Origin: a virus
Taxonomy: Duplodnaviria; Caudoviricetes
IMG/VR virus record: IMGVR_UViG_3300023179_002571
Location: 1 to 25,738 of that record
DNA length: 25,738 bases
Direction: 5' to 3' (one strand)
Part shown: positions 12,201 to 17,913 of the stretch, one piece after another
Layout: every line of letters starts with the position of its first letter
Position numbering within the stretch: the stretch's first letter is position 1
Program-made: the position numbers and the translations under genes
The notes under the pieces: model-generated
What the model was told of the DNA's origin: nothing
Seen by the model: only the letters and a program-made list of their open reading frames with translations
The model's database searches: none

Positions 12201-13074
12201 TTGCTTCAACGCCATCGGGATAAAACTGTTCGTTACTTAAACGATTAGTCATACCGTCGCCAAAGTTCCAAACAATGTTATCTAATGTAGTTAATGTTTC
12301 AGAAAGCGCATACTCTACATGATCTAAAACTGGGTAGCGTAAGAGTTGATCTTGTGCAGCTTCAGTTGGCGGTGTAAAAGTTATTGTGTTTGATCCATTA
12401 TTAACAACACCAGCAACTTGTCTGCTTGACACAGCAGGAGAATATCGCTTTGTTCCTGTACGACCGGGCTCGGTTTGGATAAACAAATTACCACCAAACA
12501 TGCTGGCATTGAACGTATATGTGACACCACGGCGTAATACTAGTTTAGGATTAGCTTCAGTGCCAGTTACATTAGTTGTAATAAAACTGTATTGGTCAAC
12601 AAAATTATAAGTAGTGGCGGCAAAAACACGTCGTCCTGTAATCTTAATAGTATCAGGCCCTACCGGTAGCCAATAATATTTTTTATAATTAACTAACTTA
12701 TCTAAATCTATAGGAGGTTTATATGAATAGTATTCGTTAGCAAACAAACGATCATGATTGTTTACAATGCCACCATGATAGGAGATTTGGTTAATTAAAT
12801 CGGTGTACCCAGACTGCCCTATTACTGTTCCATCTTCTTCGCGACGAATCAATGCTACTTCTAATTGATAATTTTGTCTTTGAGTAGATGGTTCTGCTAT
12901 GTATGTTTCTGATGGCTTTATGTTAGGTCCAAAAACACGACCTACATAACTGTTAACCCGACGGAACTCTGGTTCGCTAACTAGCTGATCTAATGTACTC
13001 GATAAAAACTTACGGTTAGCATCAGTTTGAAAAATACTTGGTAAAAATGGTAGCGTTTTTCTATTCGTAGTCAT
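1..13074 (-). CDS. Giant virion structural/baseplate protein (>=4358 aa, 3' end outside window), at the gp7 wedge position after gp6, with inserted SGNH, ILEI/GG, jelly-roll, Ig-like and LamG-like domains
   Basis: ATG at 13074-13072, 11 nt after the gp6 stop, reads MTTNRKTLPFLPSIFQTDANRKFLSSTLDQLVSEPEFRRVNSYVGR. The same frame is open in every segment I translated, down to position 1 (...NGFPMEWKTGYRLWMPSGSL). The ORF track reports no closed ORF from this start, consistent with no in-frame stop in the window. The structural role is inferred from gene position and motifs such as PGYGY/PGTNYTLTPQV, VTGVGTDF and NPKLVLRRGVTYTF. Confidence 0.92.
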   Translation of the reverse strand, partial: MTTNRKTLPFLPSIFQTDANRKFLSSTLDQLVSEPEFRRVNSYVGRVFGPNIKPSETYIAEPSTQRQNYQLEVALIRREEDGTVIGQSGYTDLINQISYHGGIVNNHDRLFANEYYSYKPPIDLDKLVNYKKYYWLPVGPDTIKITGRRVFAATTYNFVDQYSFITTNVTGTEANPKLVLRRGVTYTFNASMFGGNLFIQTEPGRTGTKRYSPAVSSRQVAGVVNNGSNTITFTPPTEAAQDQLLRYPVLDHVEYALSETLTTLDNIVWNFGDGMTNRLSNEQFYPDGVEAILLNTSTNSADWTDRNGQVVTGAARTGIWRMNAVKYSGQPVRVHLTYVRDVPAQTRVVVGQGSAAGKQYTVTSGQFQEYNGVTAEVDRLFYQHSGRDFYGEIEIVENADSYEVNVSAILGSVNYTSPTGIKFSNGMKVSFDDTATPVEYRNKIYYVEGVGSGIKLVSIDELASPEAQGSVAEISFDTKQFDVGSYDEALSGSAEPDYLVINRASMDRNAWSRINRWFHEDVVIAALSSNGYPIDLSGYRRAERPIIEFAPNLQLFNSGRQFAKFVENFFDSDFRYSLNGQSTELTDALATLQTARFSDLRGLGIYIKPGSLAVFAGDANSDVRRRVYQVNYLDQIGVTLFDGTLSGSISMTAQSARVTGVGTDFVTELSPGDDIYLSDNAYLGRVERILGINELLLTEPITINISGASGNKFNRARASLAAIKTCEPWETIVVNAGTNKGLTYYFNKSLSWTRAQTKLTLNQAPKFDIVTQTGQSISVSYNESSFTGTNIFGYRLGSGQVDKALGFTITVSGDSGLSGDIVFENNFDVDTFRYRTENVLDDKVSEFINVGYIRQNITINQFALLTNYVRVPDESRQFQHISAIYDAVTNYFEIGQVPIASSSVDSNLRVYVNGDLLRYTGTEYSVERVGDRTALRIDYTLLSANDRIDIFIHASGVSPQAYYTVPQNLEVNPDNRVPKLISFGQMRNHLSKIGERNRFIQGDVFGTSNIRDINVGNTPGLILQHSASLLPALAFLTDEHANYVNAVEYAQKEYSRFKYKFLDATARYLDITQSQVPDAVDEILTSFAEVKNSSFPWFYSDMVPFGRSVLTTRLRVSNSAQRIYNINETFEFRPSNRAIVVYLNDKILVRDRDYVINTSPTITIQNSVEVNEGDIVVIKEYTDTDGCYVPETPSKLGLYPRFVPEKILDETDRDGLYLLQGHDGSLLPAFNDIRDNIVLELESRIYNNIKVNYTDSLFSIAANTPGKFRNTDYNRSEFTSVLGSEFLKWVGAYQINYNTNEYFSANDEWSWNYNQAQDLDNQRVPGYWRGIYRYFYDTDRPHSHPWEMLGYTIKPLWWDTHYSWTDPTKRQLLITAIENGRINEPTSTLYLTQIRISAARPNFRKYVPVDTNGRLLSPQRCVIGGFDSSKLSRNFTTGDYGPVEAAWARSSDYPFAVQRAFALLKPAKYFGLLADSYGYERRTVGGLSQYFLRNRNTRLSFSELAINGETVDNVTSRTSSYINWIHGYLVGLGIDPVSKIRALIDNSTVNLAYKFAGFTDKNYIKVLSDQISLTSTSESVILPDESYSILLRKSLPEQSIAYSAVIVEKTANGYSVNGYDQRLPYFTIIPSQSTGPSSKIEVLGSTYTIFERYFPQKIRIPYGFEFTSVQQVVDFLVSYQRYLVAQGLVFDSYDSNLGQVRNWTLSVQEFVTWAKQGWPTGNILVLSPIFDTLTVYAPNYFVDYIDNSVYGSQVIGTNFNVIRNNDFTVIRDSKRTTIRTINEQTIALARINLVQFEHVLVLENRTIFNDTLYSPEIGDRQQRIRIVGSITDSWDGDLTPPGFVYSSGTIDEWQANYDYKKGAIVSYKGFNYSALEDIPGAESFNFNYWTQLDSVFRQGLAPNFSLNAAKFTEIYDVDILPTNETLASYSNSLIGFKPREYLDNLGISEISQIKFYQGYIKSKGTPNAIQAFARAQFDNVESDIELYEEWGARIGSYGAIDSNPEYTFSLKNTNSDDNPLLYQFITSEGKIESNEFIGLKPADLLTAPNDYRPKIFKNRNAVETQRSWKIELFGDSVMCGKEVLPEQYAISIVKRHGYSVDMQTKNAYSVMVTGVYNQEPKTYLFNNESFGVQFSSLYPNEELYITLESPTSTDVPLSRSAPSTVYTSTDTLLPESEISLQVTSKIPYERVYVSFEPVTASDTGESKSEDGSTFLPDSVVMGDNIYLEINSVLDTENLYWTIEEISDTDQPLTGITGLGDTINSAVCINDKTTGRVELPPDYLLYTSLESNYKVAITTRSAEGSTTSDLLNGTDGVNGVWPDGIEADLIVINHGLNDARQGISVGTYTNNLREIRNRLPNSITVIWQLPVLDDSNTNTAVIAPGTNDLSAYQRAMSSIALEYGDFVVDITKFDSYRSLFSVDGIHPTQEGYKRIVEQGLVPIIQQAIDGKIASSMRYYEDDLRSAGYARLDEVDKFIYDISDTSGIDSSWLADLETTTRIWVAKTYNRDWQVYRVYVNNLVITSARADLNNKLVFTCDNLHYVNALDVVAVRNLDTSINGFYQVVSVSDYEFTVIKRGLASNFKVTNASGQLLDMQILRFATYEDLTAHKPKHGWIGINRQRQVNTDRSDRIYVDRQSLPGTWYVYEPEILDITYENIFYSNVVVSNAYSIVGVNCIVANSLVSSVGLREEINFCVFSFDNSEDLYYTIEPATTADLASTPVIDGEVSSFANSTISVGTPIYSFTEVRHWEPIVDIESINNLYLYDSKEKNIQARIDLYDPAKGKILGQARAEIDIITDRDPAQYRNTDTTSSYNFSTEIYWAADQVGTYWWNTDTARYVDYEQGDLEYRKNHWGELFPGSSIDVYEWVASDVLPSVHVSQGREGQPLYPNDEYYSDAVFIDPNTGAFVSRYFYWVKGVTNKTASKKAASTVVLADMIANPDKQGIAYMCALRDDAVALFGTGIYNQRDRSVVYLSTRKNERDGLIHSDFKLIQQGNVRSEFPELIETKLIDSIIGTDINGELVPDQKLPRESRIGLGLRPRQTLIVNLQNARKNIIKYVNDVLNAYPIANRVIDRDRIFSDNLFAKQSDPDSTEYDVAVDTYSEIYTPSQKTQAIRIFVRSDSTLGGYWSIYRRTGTVGLVSSAANTTLELIKKQSFNVANLWTYQDWYALGFTSSVKPNHIVNEFKDIYQLSLVNNDIIRVNNVTSTNVSLGNNRIGNKEVPTTWELYQYTNQNGIVNLKLVGLEKKTIQFKPVFYEPDGFDTGDFDVHVYDFANSIELRYVFQALKEDIFVQELKEEWNKLLFAMIDYILAEQKYIDWFFKTSFISVNQKIHDLSVMTGTVKDRQKQVESYIEEVKPYKTKIREFVTSYGKQDSFVSAITDFDLPAYYDRSLAVYRSPSGEFPSIDLVELQKPQYRDWVENYKLELNDVVISKPGYGYQTGDNRAIVPVVEVLRNDFNAGIDANVSIKLDNINFGISKVYVDQPGTNYTLTPQVAVIGAGSVPFRDDDRHEFTVVTQGYSYFTVGARDKLSFGLFGRPGDSALVRNYERSRISTLDWTLGSGGTPTFPQNGLTTENQRVRAIDPWNQNSIVWENRPSGDGSADGGWNGSFFAIDPTKTYRSVVWMRRTSNSTGGTLYHGLFTNGSYPAYTNIYYPNGSVRRLSDGQGEYNPYWSYRSVGDYDKDVWYLHVGHIFPANYTGITAHPDSGIYTRTGGKVLANNGNINDGKFPANATEAMQRCYHYYCNDNTTRSQFAFPRFEVVDGAEPTIRQLLDYGPYQDVKYSNNSRGYHMHRIRRSDGRVVFSQVYDVYSQNRSGYIGLASADLARDLNNTSDDYVVVVHTYDDAYRNRLTNDLHLALQRCGASEEVFGKPAAAETTFKFRSGYILVGIPGSGVGRGIEHYAGSFDNAPDAYASVTFKIERGYLAALRADPKNYVFSTPLTVPTSPQTGQSITYGERVYIFDGKAWRSQKIVTSSLDTSKDVGSAVLSARLTNNKVRRIKTTIKFDRIQYTSKVQDWQPNVNYPIGTYLSYNNRAYQVVDSAYNSSVFTPGLLRLVTSDEFDNANDRIIAYYAPSTDNGNIPKDLGRLVSGIDPFNPFTVGSSTGQDTILIGDTFGSNAGISAGNIRVAGGKFVDRIFSRAPEELLPGIIYDSLSIRVLSQSNAAIGTTTTTTSGPSPLTLSILGASSSSIEVPYTESNLSTSDSFTLSLTGSGNPVPYPVTISLVEAPGGGTANVTPSAFTMLPGEQRVVRFTTNNNMLSGRTWYDLSSYQNHFQLLDNSPVWSIQQQGIFSFGLNNAVNDRATSITSMNGINTTPGEYNTVCMWMRWRAETNGFPMEWKTGYRLWMPSGSL
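295..530 (-). other. Ig-like beta-sandwich domain after a poly-Thr linker, within the giant protein
   Basis: GTTTTTTSGP linker (about 532-561) followed by beta-rich sequence with VTPSAFTMLPGEQRVVRF. Confidence 0.5.
1270..1704 (-). other. ILEI/PANDER (GG-type lectin) domain core within the giant protein
   Basis: RGYHMHRIRRSDGRVVFSQVYDVY...DLARDLNNTSDDYVVVVHTYDDAYRNRLTNDLHLALQRCGAS...FKFRSGYILVGIPG follows the ILEI pattern RG..v......G.v.....FD.y / ivvv.t.D / al..lGa / fR..y.liG. Confidence 0.8.
1747..2400 (-). other. Aromatic-rich jelly-roll/carbohydrate-binding-like domain within the giant protein
   Basis: DWTLGSGG...QNGLTTENQRVRAIDPW...IVWENRPSGDGSADGGWNGSFFAIDPTKTYRSVVWMRR...NPYW...WYLHVGHIFP...YHYYC...FPRFEVVDGAEPTIRQLL. 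The ID..KTY....W.r and WY...G patterns are typical of galactose-binding-like folds. Confidence 0.6.
5740..6870 (-). other. SGNH/GDSL hydrolase domain within the giant protein, split by a repeat insert
   Basis: Block I KIELFGDSVMCG (Ser 6847-6849), block II RSAEGSTTSDLL (Gly 6166-6168), block III DLIVINHGLNDA (Asn 6067-6069), block V VDGIHPTQEGY (Asp 5809-5811, His 5800-5802), all in frame and in order. Confidence 0.9.
6319..6760 (-). repeat. Three degenerate tandem protein repeats (about 45-50 aa period) inside the SGNH domain; a fourth copy lies at about 4924-5076
   Basis: YLFNNESFGVQFSSLYPNEELYITLESPTSTD / TLLPESEISLQVTSKIPYERVYVSFEPVTASD / SVVMGDNIYLEINSVLDTENLYWTIEEISDTD, and SVGLREEINFCVFSFDNSEDLYYTIEPATTAD. 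Visible at protein level only. Confidence 0.7.
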
Positions 13075-13085
13075 TACCTAATCCA

Positions 13086-16000
13086 CTAGTTCATACTAGG
13101 TTGAAGATCCAAAGCAGTGATTGTTGACACAATTTCAACATCATCTACTGTGGCTGCACTTATTACAAGTTCATATGGCTCAGCATTTACCTGATATAAA
13201 TTACCAAATGACCTTGCAACATTCTTACTTACTATAACAATACTTGCTATATTTGGTGTTAATACTTTGTGTAGATAAGCAGCTAATTCACTGAAATAAA
13301 AAGTATCACCAAAATCCCAATTCTCACTAGCGAAATACTGGTTTATCGCAGCAACTACCGACGCTTTAACATCGGCGTCTGTTAAACTTAAACTAGGATT
13401 CTTTACAACTTTAAATGTAGCTTGATATTGAGTATCGGCTTTAGCACCAAATAAAGGCTTGTATCGTGCAGATTGAATAACTAGTGTATCACTCACACTC
13501 TTATAATTTTGCAAGTCTGCATAACGAGTAGATAACGCTAAGTCGGTAGGCGCCTCGGGTTCTGTCAAACGCTGCGTGGTATCTGCCAACCATAGTCTAT
13601 AATCAGTTTCATACTCGGCTGTGAGCACATAGATATCTATTATATTACTAATATTAGGATCAATTCTATTTGAGTTAGGACTATTGTGTCTGTATTGATA
13701 GTATAGATTTTGTCTACCAACATGAACTAGATAATTTGGCACTGCATTTACGCTTGTCAAATTAAGCCCATCGCTTACTACTTTATCACCTAAACTATTA
13801 GTTGTACATTTATAGAATTGGTCGTCACCTCTAGCATAGAACAATTGATCGAGATTGTAATTCCTAATGTCTTGTGCTATTTCAGATTTATTGTTATAGT
13901 AACTTATTACTGTATTCGAATCAATTAATTGATACTCGTTACCGTAATCAGTTTTAACTAATCGGAAATAAACTAACTCACGTGCGGTAATTTTCCCATT
14001 ACGCTTTAATTCGGCCTCAGGAAGCGCCCTAATAAAGCCCAGTGCATCATTAATCGTAAACAAACCTTGAGCTACACCATTAACATAATAATTTAATTCA
14101 TTTAAATTAGGATATCTTCCCACTGTTTTCTTAAATTCATAGTTAATTGTAATAGCTGTTTTTTGTGCAGGAACTCCAGGCACTGTTGTTCTATATGGTC
14201 CGCCTAATACTGCTCTATCAAACAAATTAGGACTATCAGGTACGCCATCTTGGTTTGAGTCAGCGTAGGTCAAATATACACTACGATTTTCTACATACCC
14301 ATCGGCTCGTTTAATTTCTTTGTAAATAAACCAATCTAAATCCATGTTTAGGCCAGAGCCCACCGAATCTGGTGATGAATTCGTACGCAGCAACTTAATT
14401 GAATCGTTTATTATTCTATTGTTTACACTATCATAAATTTGCAGAGCATGATCAAAGAAGAAATTAGTTTCTAATGGACTATGGAAAACATAACGCAATG
14501 ATCTATTACTAATAATATAGTATTGATTCACCGAGTTCCAATCAAACTTTACATGGTAGTTACCTGTTCCAGTAGACAATGCGTCTACTAGAATCCAATT
14601 CTGCTGACTCGAGCTGTACAGTAATCCAAAATTTGTTTTATTGTTGATTAATGTAACCATTTCATCAACTATAAAGTCGCGCAAAGCAGTTTTGTAGCTA
14701 GGATACATTACTTCAACTAATGCACCAGTGGGAATTGGTAGATTAATTGTAACTGGACCTTGTCCATTTGAAAAGTTTCCTAGCCCGTTATTTGTACCAT
14801 CACCATAAATTTGGCTTATACCAACAAACTTCTCTGCTGAATCACCTGCGCTAAGATTTGGCCCAGGGATCATATTGAAATTACTATTAAATCTATAACC
14901 AACTTCTGGAGTAAATTTTACCATAGCACCAGTGGCAAGGAATCGCAAACTACCAGAAACCCCTAGACCAATACTGGTAGGTATTCCATTATAGCTAAAA
15001 TACCCTGTTGATTGTCCATTACCAATAGTAGATTGATTCCATTTGAGACTTGTTCTTACGGTACCAGAACCATATGCCTCAACAACTATATTACCAGCTA
15101 ATGAGTTTGTGCTCCATCCTGCAGGAACGTTCCTAAATCCACAGGTACCATATGTGCCTGCGTCAAAAGTTTTATTTGGACTAAGAGAACGATCTAGTTC
15201 TGCGGAATTTACATTAGCAAAAAAAGCAGTATAAAAAGTTAAAGACTCAGGGTCTATTGCCCTATCTAATGCATAATTCGTCCAGTATGCTAGACCACTA
15301 TGATCTGGGTTGCGAAACAGAGCATATCTTACCTCACCATTGGATAAAATATAAGAATTATTTGTGTTGTAGTATAGTAATACTTTAAGAGCTTGAGCAC
15401 GATATATAGCTTCAGGATATGTACCACGATATTGATTAACAAATGCAGTCATATCATAACAATCACCGGCATAATTGCGGCTTACATAATAGTAGGTGCC
15501 GGCCGGCACATTAGTAGTGTCCCATGTAACTTTACCAGAGCTAGCCCCGTTATTAGTCACAACACCAACTGTGACGTTTGCAAATACACCACCAGTACGT
15601 GAGCCCTTAATATGTATCGGTTGTCCAGATGTTTTAATATCTAATATTAATGTTTCGCCAGTTTTTACTGTTATAGTAGGGTTGTATGCAGCAGCATTTG
15701 AATTTAATACAAATGCTGCTGTATTATATGTGTCTACCGAATACGTTCTTGTACTTAAACTATTATCTGTGGCTCGAAACACTGTGCCAACAGTGTTTGT
15801 AGCAGCACCATACTTAGTAAAATTTGAAGTGCCGACCGTAGTGATTTGATAAAACTCACCACGCTTAATTTTTTTTTCAACTATATCATCTAAGTCAGGT
15901 ATTTCAGGACTTACATTTTCATAGTAATAGTGCATCAAATTTTTATCATCAATAATATCGGGAATGAATGTATTGCGTAAGAACTTGCGAATGTCTATTT

Positions 16001-17498
16001 CGTTTTTGTATGTAAAATTTCTAGTTTGTAATTGGTTTTCAGAGTAGAGAACACCGTCCTCACCAAAAATGTTTGTGCTTGAATATTTTCCTGTTGTATC
16101 TAAAACGTCAAGATATCTACTTAGACCTGAACTAATCCTATTGATTGCTTTAACTTTGCGTATATCACTATAGGTTGTGTAAGGGAAGATATTATAATCT
16201 TCCCCTGTGACCATACGATTTTGTGTATAGTATTGTTGCGGGGCACGTTGTTTAATTTCGTCTGCGGTTTCTCTTGCGTTGGCGTTGGCCACTGTGTATC
16301 TTAGACTAGCACGGAACGATATAGTTTCAACTCTATTAGTTCTACTAATATAATCAAAACTTATTTCTACGCCACGTATTTCGTCGGGTGTAATTTTGTA
16401 GTTTAATCCGTTGCTTACTCGATAATATAATTTAAAACGACCTTGTGGTATATTTGCAAAACTGCCATCACCAAATACCAAACTAATTTGGTCTCCGGCT
16501 CTTGTGTTTACCTGGTATAAATTTTTTAAACTTCTGTTATTGTAGATAACATTAAGTCCATTAGTTGTAGGTACTTGTTCCCATATTTCATCTGTAAATC
16601 CGTTGCTGGTTAAATTGTATAACCAAACATCGGAGTTATTGATATTGTCGATATCGATGTTAACAACTTTATTTGGTACCATTGCGTCGATACCGAAGTC
16701 ATAATTGTTTAACTCGCCTTGCTTGAAGTAAAAGAAAAATCCGGTATTGTTACTACCATTTCCATTTCCATCACTACGATATAGAATATTGAAAGGGCGG
16801 TTAATATCAGGATTGGCTTCGTAAACGTAATTCTTACCAGAACTTGTGGCACTAACTGCTTCGAATGTTGTGTTTAATCCATTGACACTGGTTTCAAACT
16901 TATAAACAGGTAGAATATTGTTGATTAAATTAATGCCATATTCGTCTGTGCGTATACGGTTTATGATTTGACTGTTAGCAGGTCTTCCAAAATTTTGTTG
17001 TTTTAACAAACTGGCATTCAAAACTGTTACAAATTGCTCAAACCAATTTGAGTTACTAACATCATTCCATAGTATAATACGATTGCTCAAATCAAAGCCA
17101 TCACTGTCGAAAATAGTTTCTGTAGTGCTGACACTGTCTATTTTTAAATAGCCCGAAGCAGGTACGTTGCGCTTGGGATTGTAGCTTATTAAACGTGCCA
17201 GCTTTAGTATACTATCACGCCGTTCAGCTGTGTCAATAAAGTTCTCTCTAGCATTAAGATCTGTTCTAAAGGCTAGACTCTGTCCCAAGAATGCTATTAG
17301 ATCAATGAGAGCAATAAATTCGCTGCTCTCTGTATAGTCGTTAAATTCCTCAGCATAATTTATCCTTAGATAATCGATCATGGTCTTACGTAAAGACTCG
17401 AAATCATATGAGGTGAAATCGGCTTCTCTAAAGGTTTGATAGACCTTTTTCCAATTTTCGGCTGCTAGGGAACCGGTTTGACGACTAGTAATTGGCAT
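13086..17498 (-). CDS. gp6: Baseplate wedge protein, T4 gp6-like, enlarged to 1470 aa by internal insertions
   Basis: DFESLRKTMIDYLR...FNDYTESS...ENFIDTAERRDSILKLARLISYNPKR, FGDG and ETADEIKQRAPQQYYTQNRMVTGEDY are gp6/baseplate-J hallmarks. Lies directly after gp25. Confidence 0.93.
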   Translation of the reverse strand: MPITSRQTGSLAAENWKKVYQTFREADFTSYDFESLRKTMIDYLRINYAEEFNDYTESSEFIALIDLIAFLGQSLAFRTDLNARENFIDTAERRDSILKLARLISYNPKRNVPASGYLKIDSVSTTETIFDSDGFDLSNRIILWNDVSNSNWFEQFVTVLNASLLKQQNFGRPANSQIINRIRTDEYGINLINNILPVYKFETSVNGLNTTFEAVSATSSGKNYVYEANPDINRPFNILYRSDGNGNGSNNTGFFFYFKQGELNNYDFGIDAMVPNKVVNIDIDNINNSDVWLYNLTSNGFTDEIWEQVPTTNGLNVIYNNRSLKNLYQVNTRAGDQISLVFGDGSFANIPQGRFKLYYRVSNGLNYKITPDEIRGVEISFDYISRTNRVETISFRASLRYTVANANARETADEIKQRAPQQYYTQNRMVTGEDYNIFPYTTYSDIRKVKAINRISSGLSRYLDVLDTTGKYSSTNIFGEDGVLYSENQLQTRNFTYKNEIDIRKFLRNTFIPDIIDDKNLMHYYYENVSPEIPDLDDIVEKKIKRGEFYQITTVGTSNFTKYGAATNTVGTVFRATDNSLSTRTYSVDTYNTAAFVLNSNAAAYNPTITVKTGETLILDIKTSGQPIHIKGSRTGGVFANVTVGVVTNNGASSGKVTWDTTNVPAGTYYYVSRNYAGDCYDMTAFVNQYRGTYPEAIYRAQALKVLLYYNTNNSYILSNGEVRYALFRNPDHSGLAYWTNYALDRAIDPESLTFYTAFFANVNSAELDRSLSPNKTFDAGTYGTCGFRNVPAGWSTNSLAGNIVVEAYGSGTVRTSLKWNQSTIGNGQSTGYFSYNGIPTSIGLGVSGSLRFLATGAMVKFTPEVGYRFNSNFNMIPGPNLSAGDSAEKFVGISQIYGDGTNNGLGNFSNGQGPVTINLPIPTGALVEVMYPSYKTALRDFIVDEMVTLINNKTNFGLLYSSSQQNWILVDALSTGTGNYHVKFDWNSVNQYYIISNRSLRYVFHSPLETNFFFDHALQIYDSVNNRIINDSIKLLRTNSSPDSVGSGLNMDLDWFIYKEIKRADGYVENRSVYLTYADSNQDGVPDSPNLFDRAVLGGPYRTTVPGVPAQKTAITINYEFKKTVGRYPNLNELNYYVNGVAQGLFTINDALGFIRALPEAELKRNGKITARELVYFRLVKTDYGNEYQLIDSNTVISYYNNKSEIAQDIRNYNLDQLFYARGDDQFYKCTTNSLGDKVVSDGLNLTSVNAVPNYLVHVGRQNLYYQYRHNSPNSNRIDPNISNIIDIYVLTAEYETDYRLWLADTTQRLTEPEAPTDLALSTRYADLQNYKSVSDTLVIQSARYKPLFGAKADTQYQATFKVVKNPSLSLTDADVKASVVAAINQYFASENWDFGDTFYFSELAAYLHKVLTPNIASIVIVSKNVARSFGNLYQVNAEPYELVISAATVDDVEIVSTITALDLQPSMN

Positions 17499-17517
17499 AA
17501 GCGTTAGGGTAATATAT

Positions 17518-17525
17518 TATTTATC
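17518..17525 (-). promoter_or_regulatory. Putative T4-type late promoter (GATAAATA) upstream of gp6
   Basis: Intergenic 7/8 match to TATAAATA, 19 nt before the gp6 ATG. The same ATAAATA core precedes two other late genes. Confidence 0.7.
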
Positions 17526-17533
17526 GACCGATT

Positions 17534-17899
17534 TTAAGCTACTCGTTGGTTACGATCGAAATTAATTTTCATTAGCTCGGCTTGATTAGTTGGCACATAT
17601 CTTACAGTTAATTCAACTAAAAGTCCATAATCTTGCTCATGCACATCAATATTTTCTGCTACCAGTCTCGGGTCATACGAAACAATTCTCTTTATATCTT
17701 CGGCCACTGCGTCTCTAGTTGATATAGTAAAAGGTTCAAATAGTATGTTCCATATAATGGTCCCGAACTCGGGATTCATCAACTTTTCACCCTTACGAAT
17801 GTTAAAGTAGTTGAACAAATCTTGTTTGGCAAGTTCAAAGTCAGTTAACCTAAACCTGCGCGAACGATTATATGTACTATGGCCGCGATAAGTAATCAT
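17534..17899 (-). CDS. gp25: Baseplate wedge subunit/sheath initiator, gp25 (GPW_gp25 family)
   Basis: 121 aa with LTDFELAKQDLFNYFNIRKGEKLMNPEFGTIIWNILFEP and YDPR motifs, between gp5 and gp6. Confidence 0.95.
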   Translation of the reverse strand: MITYRGHSTYNRSRRFRLTDFELAKQDLFNYFNIRKGEKLMNPEFGTIIWNILFEPFTISTRDAVAEDIKRIVSYDPRLVAENIDVHEQDYGLLVELTVRYVPTNQAELMKINFDRNQRVA

Positions 17900-17905
17900 A
17901 ATTAG

Positions 17906-17913
17906 TATTTATG
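17906..17913 (-). promoter_or_regulatory. Putative late promoter (CATAAATA) overlapping the gp5 stop codon, 6 nt before the gp25 ATG
   Basis: Minus strand reads CATAAATA-CTAATT-ATG, with no Shine-Dalgarno sequence between the motif and the ATG. Confidence 0.65.

Noticed and set aside
269-12610. Short ORFs listed in the track within 1-13074 (plus strand and off-frame minus strand)
   Set aside because: All overlap the giant ORF, have no recognisable motifs, and are the antisense or off-frame shadows expected from codon bias.
1-13074. Tape-measure protein, intein or intron as the explanation for the giant ORF
   Set aside because: Translated parts are beta-rich and aromatic, not helical Ala/Gly-rich. 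I saw no intein termini or homing-endonuclease motifs, though I did not translate every codon.
15117-15513. NVPAG peptide on both sides of the first DUF4214-like insert, as a possible target-site duplication
   Set aside because: The codons differ at every third position and the match is only 5 aa, so chance cannot be excluded.
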